Positions 62,602-64,000 of a DNA stretch of 64,000 bases are shown here, one piece after another. The stretch is taken from positions 62,001 through 126,000 of the forward strand of contig JASVEC010000029.1 in assembly GCA_030770535.1 (NCBI GenBank). Direction: 5' to 3'. Every line of letters starts with the position of its first letter. Within the stretch, counting starts at the first letter, position 1. The notes beneath the pieces are model-generated. The model was not told the origin of the DNA. It did no database searches and saw only the letters and a list, made by a program, of their open reading frames with translations. The position numbers and the translations under genes are program-made. This DNA is from Batkoa obscura (lineage: Eukaryota).

Positions 62602-63422
62602 ATTTATTAAAATTCTATCAATAGGATTTAGGATAGATTTTTGACTAAATCATTTGTACTATTGTTCAGTATAAAAAACTTTTGTCAAATCAATCAGATA
62701 CTTTGAATATTATTTGTATTAATGTGTGTATATATTACAACATATTTTATTAAAAGTATTGAAATTAAGGAAATACAGTATATTTCAAAAATTAAATAAC
62801 TTTTAAAATATCAAAACTGTTTAAGAGATCTATACCTATATTAAGCCAAAGTACTTATATAGGGTGTAATAGACTATAAAAACATATAAATGGCTATTGA
62901 ATAAAAGAAAGGGGAAGAAATAAGCTTCAATTATCCATGATCTTTTATATAGTTATTGGTAAACGTTATTGTTTAAATGCTACACAATCGAAATCGAACC
63001 ATTCGTATTGTTTTGTAGATACCTCGTATTTTCATAGTATTTCAAGCATTTTATTATAAAATTGTTAGCTTTTCTACCACCTTATATCCCTATTACAGGT
63101 TTAAGAAAAACAGGGGGTCTATCAATTTAAACAAAAAGACATTTGGATCAAATTTGAAAGAATAAAAAAAAATTATTAAATGTATTATTTTTCAAGGTTT
63201 TGATAATAATATCAAAATAAACAAAAATACATTTTTAGGTAATATGATATTTAAAAAAGATAAAAACAACAAAGTTGATTAAAACAAATTTAACTTTAAA
63301 AATGAAATTTTTATTTTTATTATTTACATTATAGATTACTTCAACTAATAGTATGAATAAAATGAGAAGTAGCATTAAAAAAAATGCTAGTACTTTAAAG
63401 CTTAGAAATTTAAATAAGATTT

Positions 63423-63521
63423 GAGGATGTTTTTTTTAGTTTCATTACTTTTTCCATTTTTTAAGCGCTATTTCAACGGAAAGATTGTTAGTAAAATTCT
63501 TAAACAAAAAAATATATCCCC
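63423..63521 (+). mobile_element. 99-bp MITE, copy 19
   Basis: TIRs and core; flanks ATTT/ATTT. Confidence 0.9.
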
Positions 63522-64000
63522 ATTTAATATTTTAAAATATATTTATGATTTTATCAAAATAATTATCATGAGCTGATTGCTTTAAAATCAAATATTGAAA
63601 GCTTTTTATTATTAGTTTAACTATTAAATAATGCTTAAGTACTGAAAATATTGAACTAAGTATAAAAATAACTTATAAATTAGCTGGAAAAAATATAATT
63701 ATTAGTATTTTGCACTATAAATTAAATTAAATTAAAAAAATTAAAAGTTGTTATTAAGTATTGTAATTATTTAAAAAAACTATTAATTGGATTTACTAAT
63801 ATTATATTTGATTTAAAGAATATAAGAAAATACATTTAAGTAGTTGTTTCATTGGTGCTTATTTGGTTTTTTTAATAACATTAAGTATTAATTACTATAT
63901 TAAAAATAATAAACAATTAAATTAAATTAAATAAATCAAAAATACAATATTTATTGGTAATATATTTGATATTTTATCTTTAGCTATTAAGTATAAAAAA

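Noticed and set aside
63302..63420. Signal-peptide-like start MKFLFLLFTL before MITE copy 19
   Set aside because: Immediate stop and no downstream homology visible.
4296..63521. Dispersed repeat read as a CRISPR array, tRNA or SINE
   Set aside because: Copies are dispersed in both orientations with TIRs and TSDs; there are no regular spacers, cloverleaf, pol III boxes or tail.

Overview
Very AT-rich eukaryotic DNA with short (~50-80 nt) GT-AG introns. It looks like an early-diverging (non-Dikarya) fungus: it carries a cobalamin adenosyltransferase gene, and Zoopagomycota/Entomophthoromycotina is my inference. Intron-rich housekeeping genes (RUS1/DUF647, MMAB, gamma-tubulin, MAK11, a sphingomyelinase-like EEP enzyme, DPH6, ETF-alpha, NSE2) alternate with intronless genes, many locally duplicated and many secreted. 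The latter include a two-domain Kunitz protein, Kelch-like single-pass membrane proteins, CAP/SCP proteins, a tyrosinase, three CHFR-like RING proteins and a homeobox gene. There is also a Cys/Pro + Gly/Gln repeat protein and three related proteins sharing a domain of alternating 'ADVDADV' beta-repeats, two of them with GGNN arrays. Five pseudogenes are present. The most striking non-genic signal is a ~99-bp MITE present 19 times, with GRG...CYC ends and 4-bp AWWT target duplications (Sola-like); two copies sit inside pseudogenes. All family calls come from motif recognition by eye; no database searches were run.
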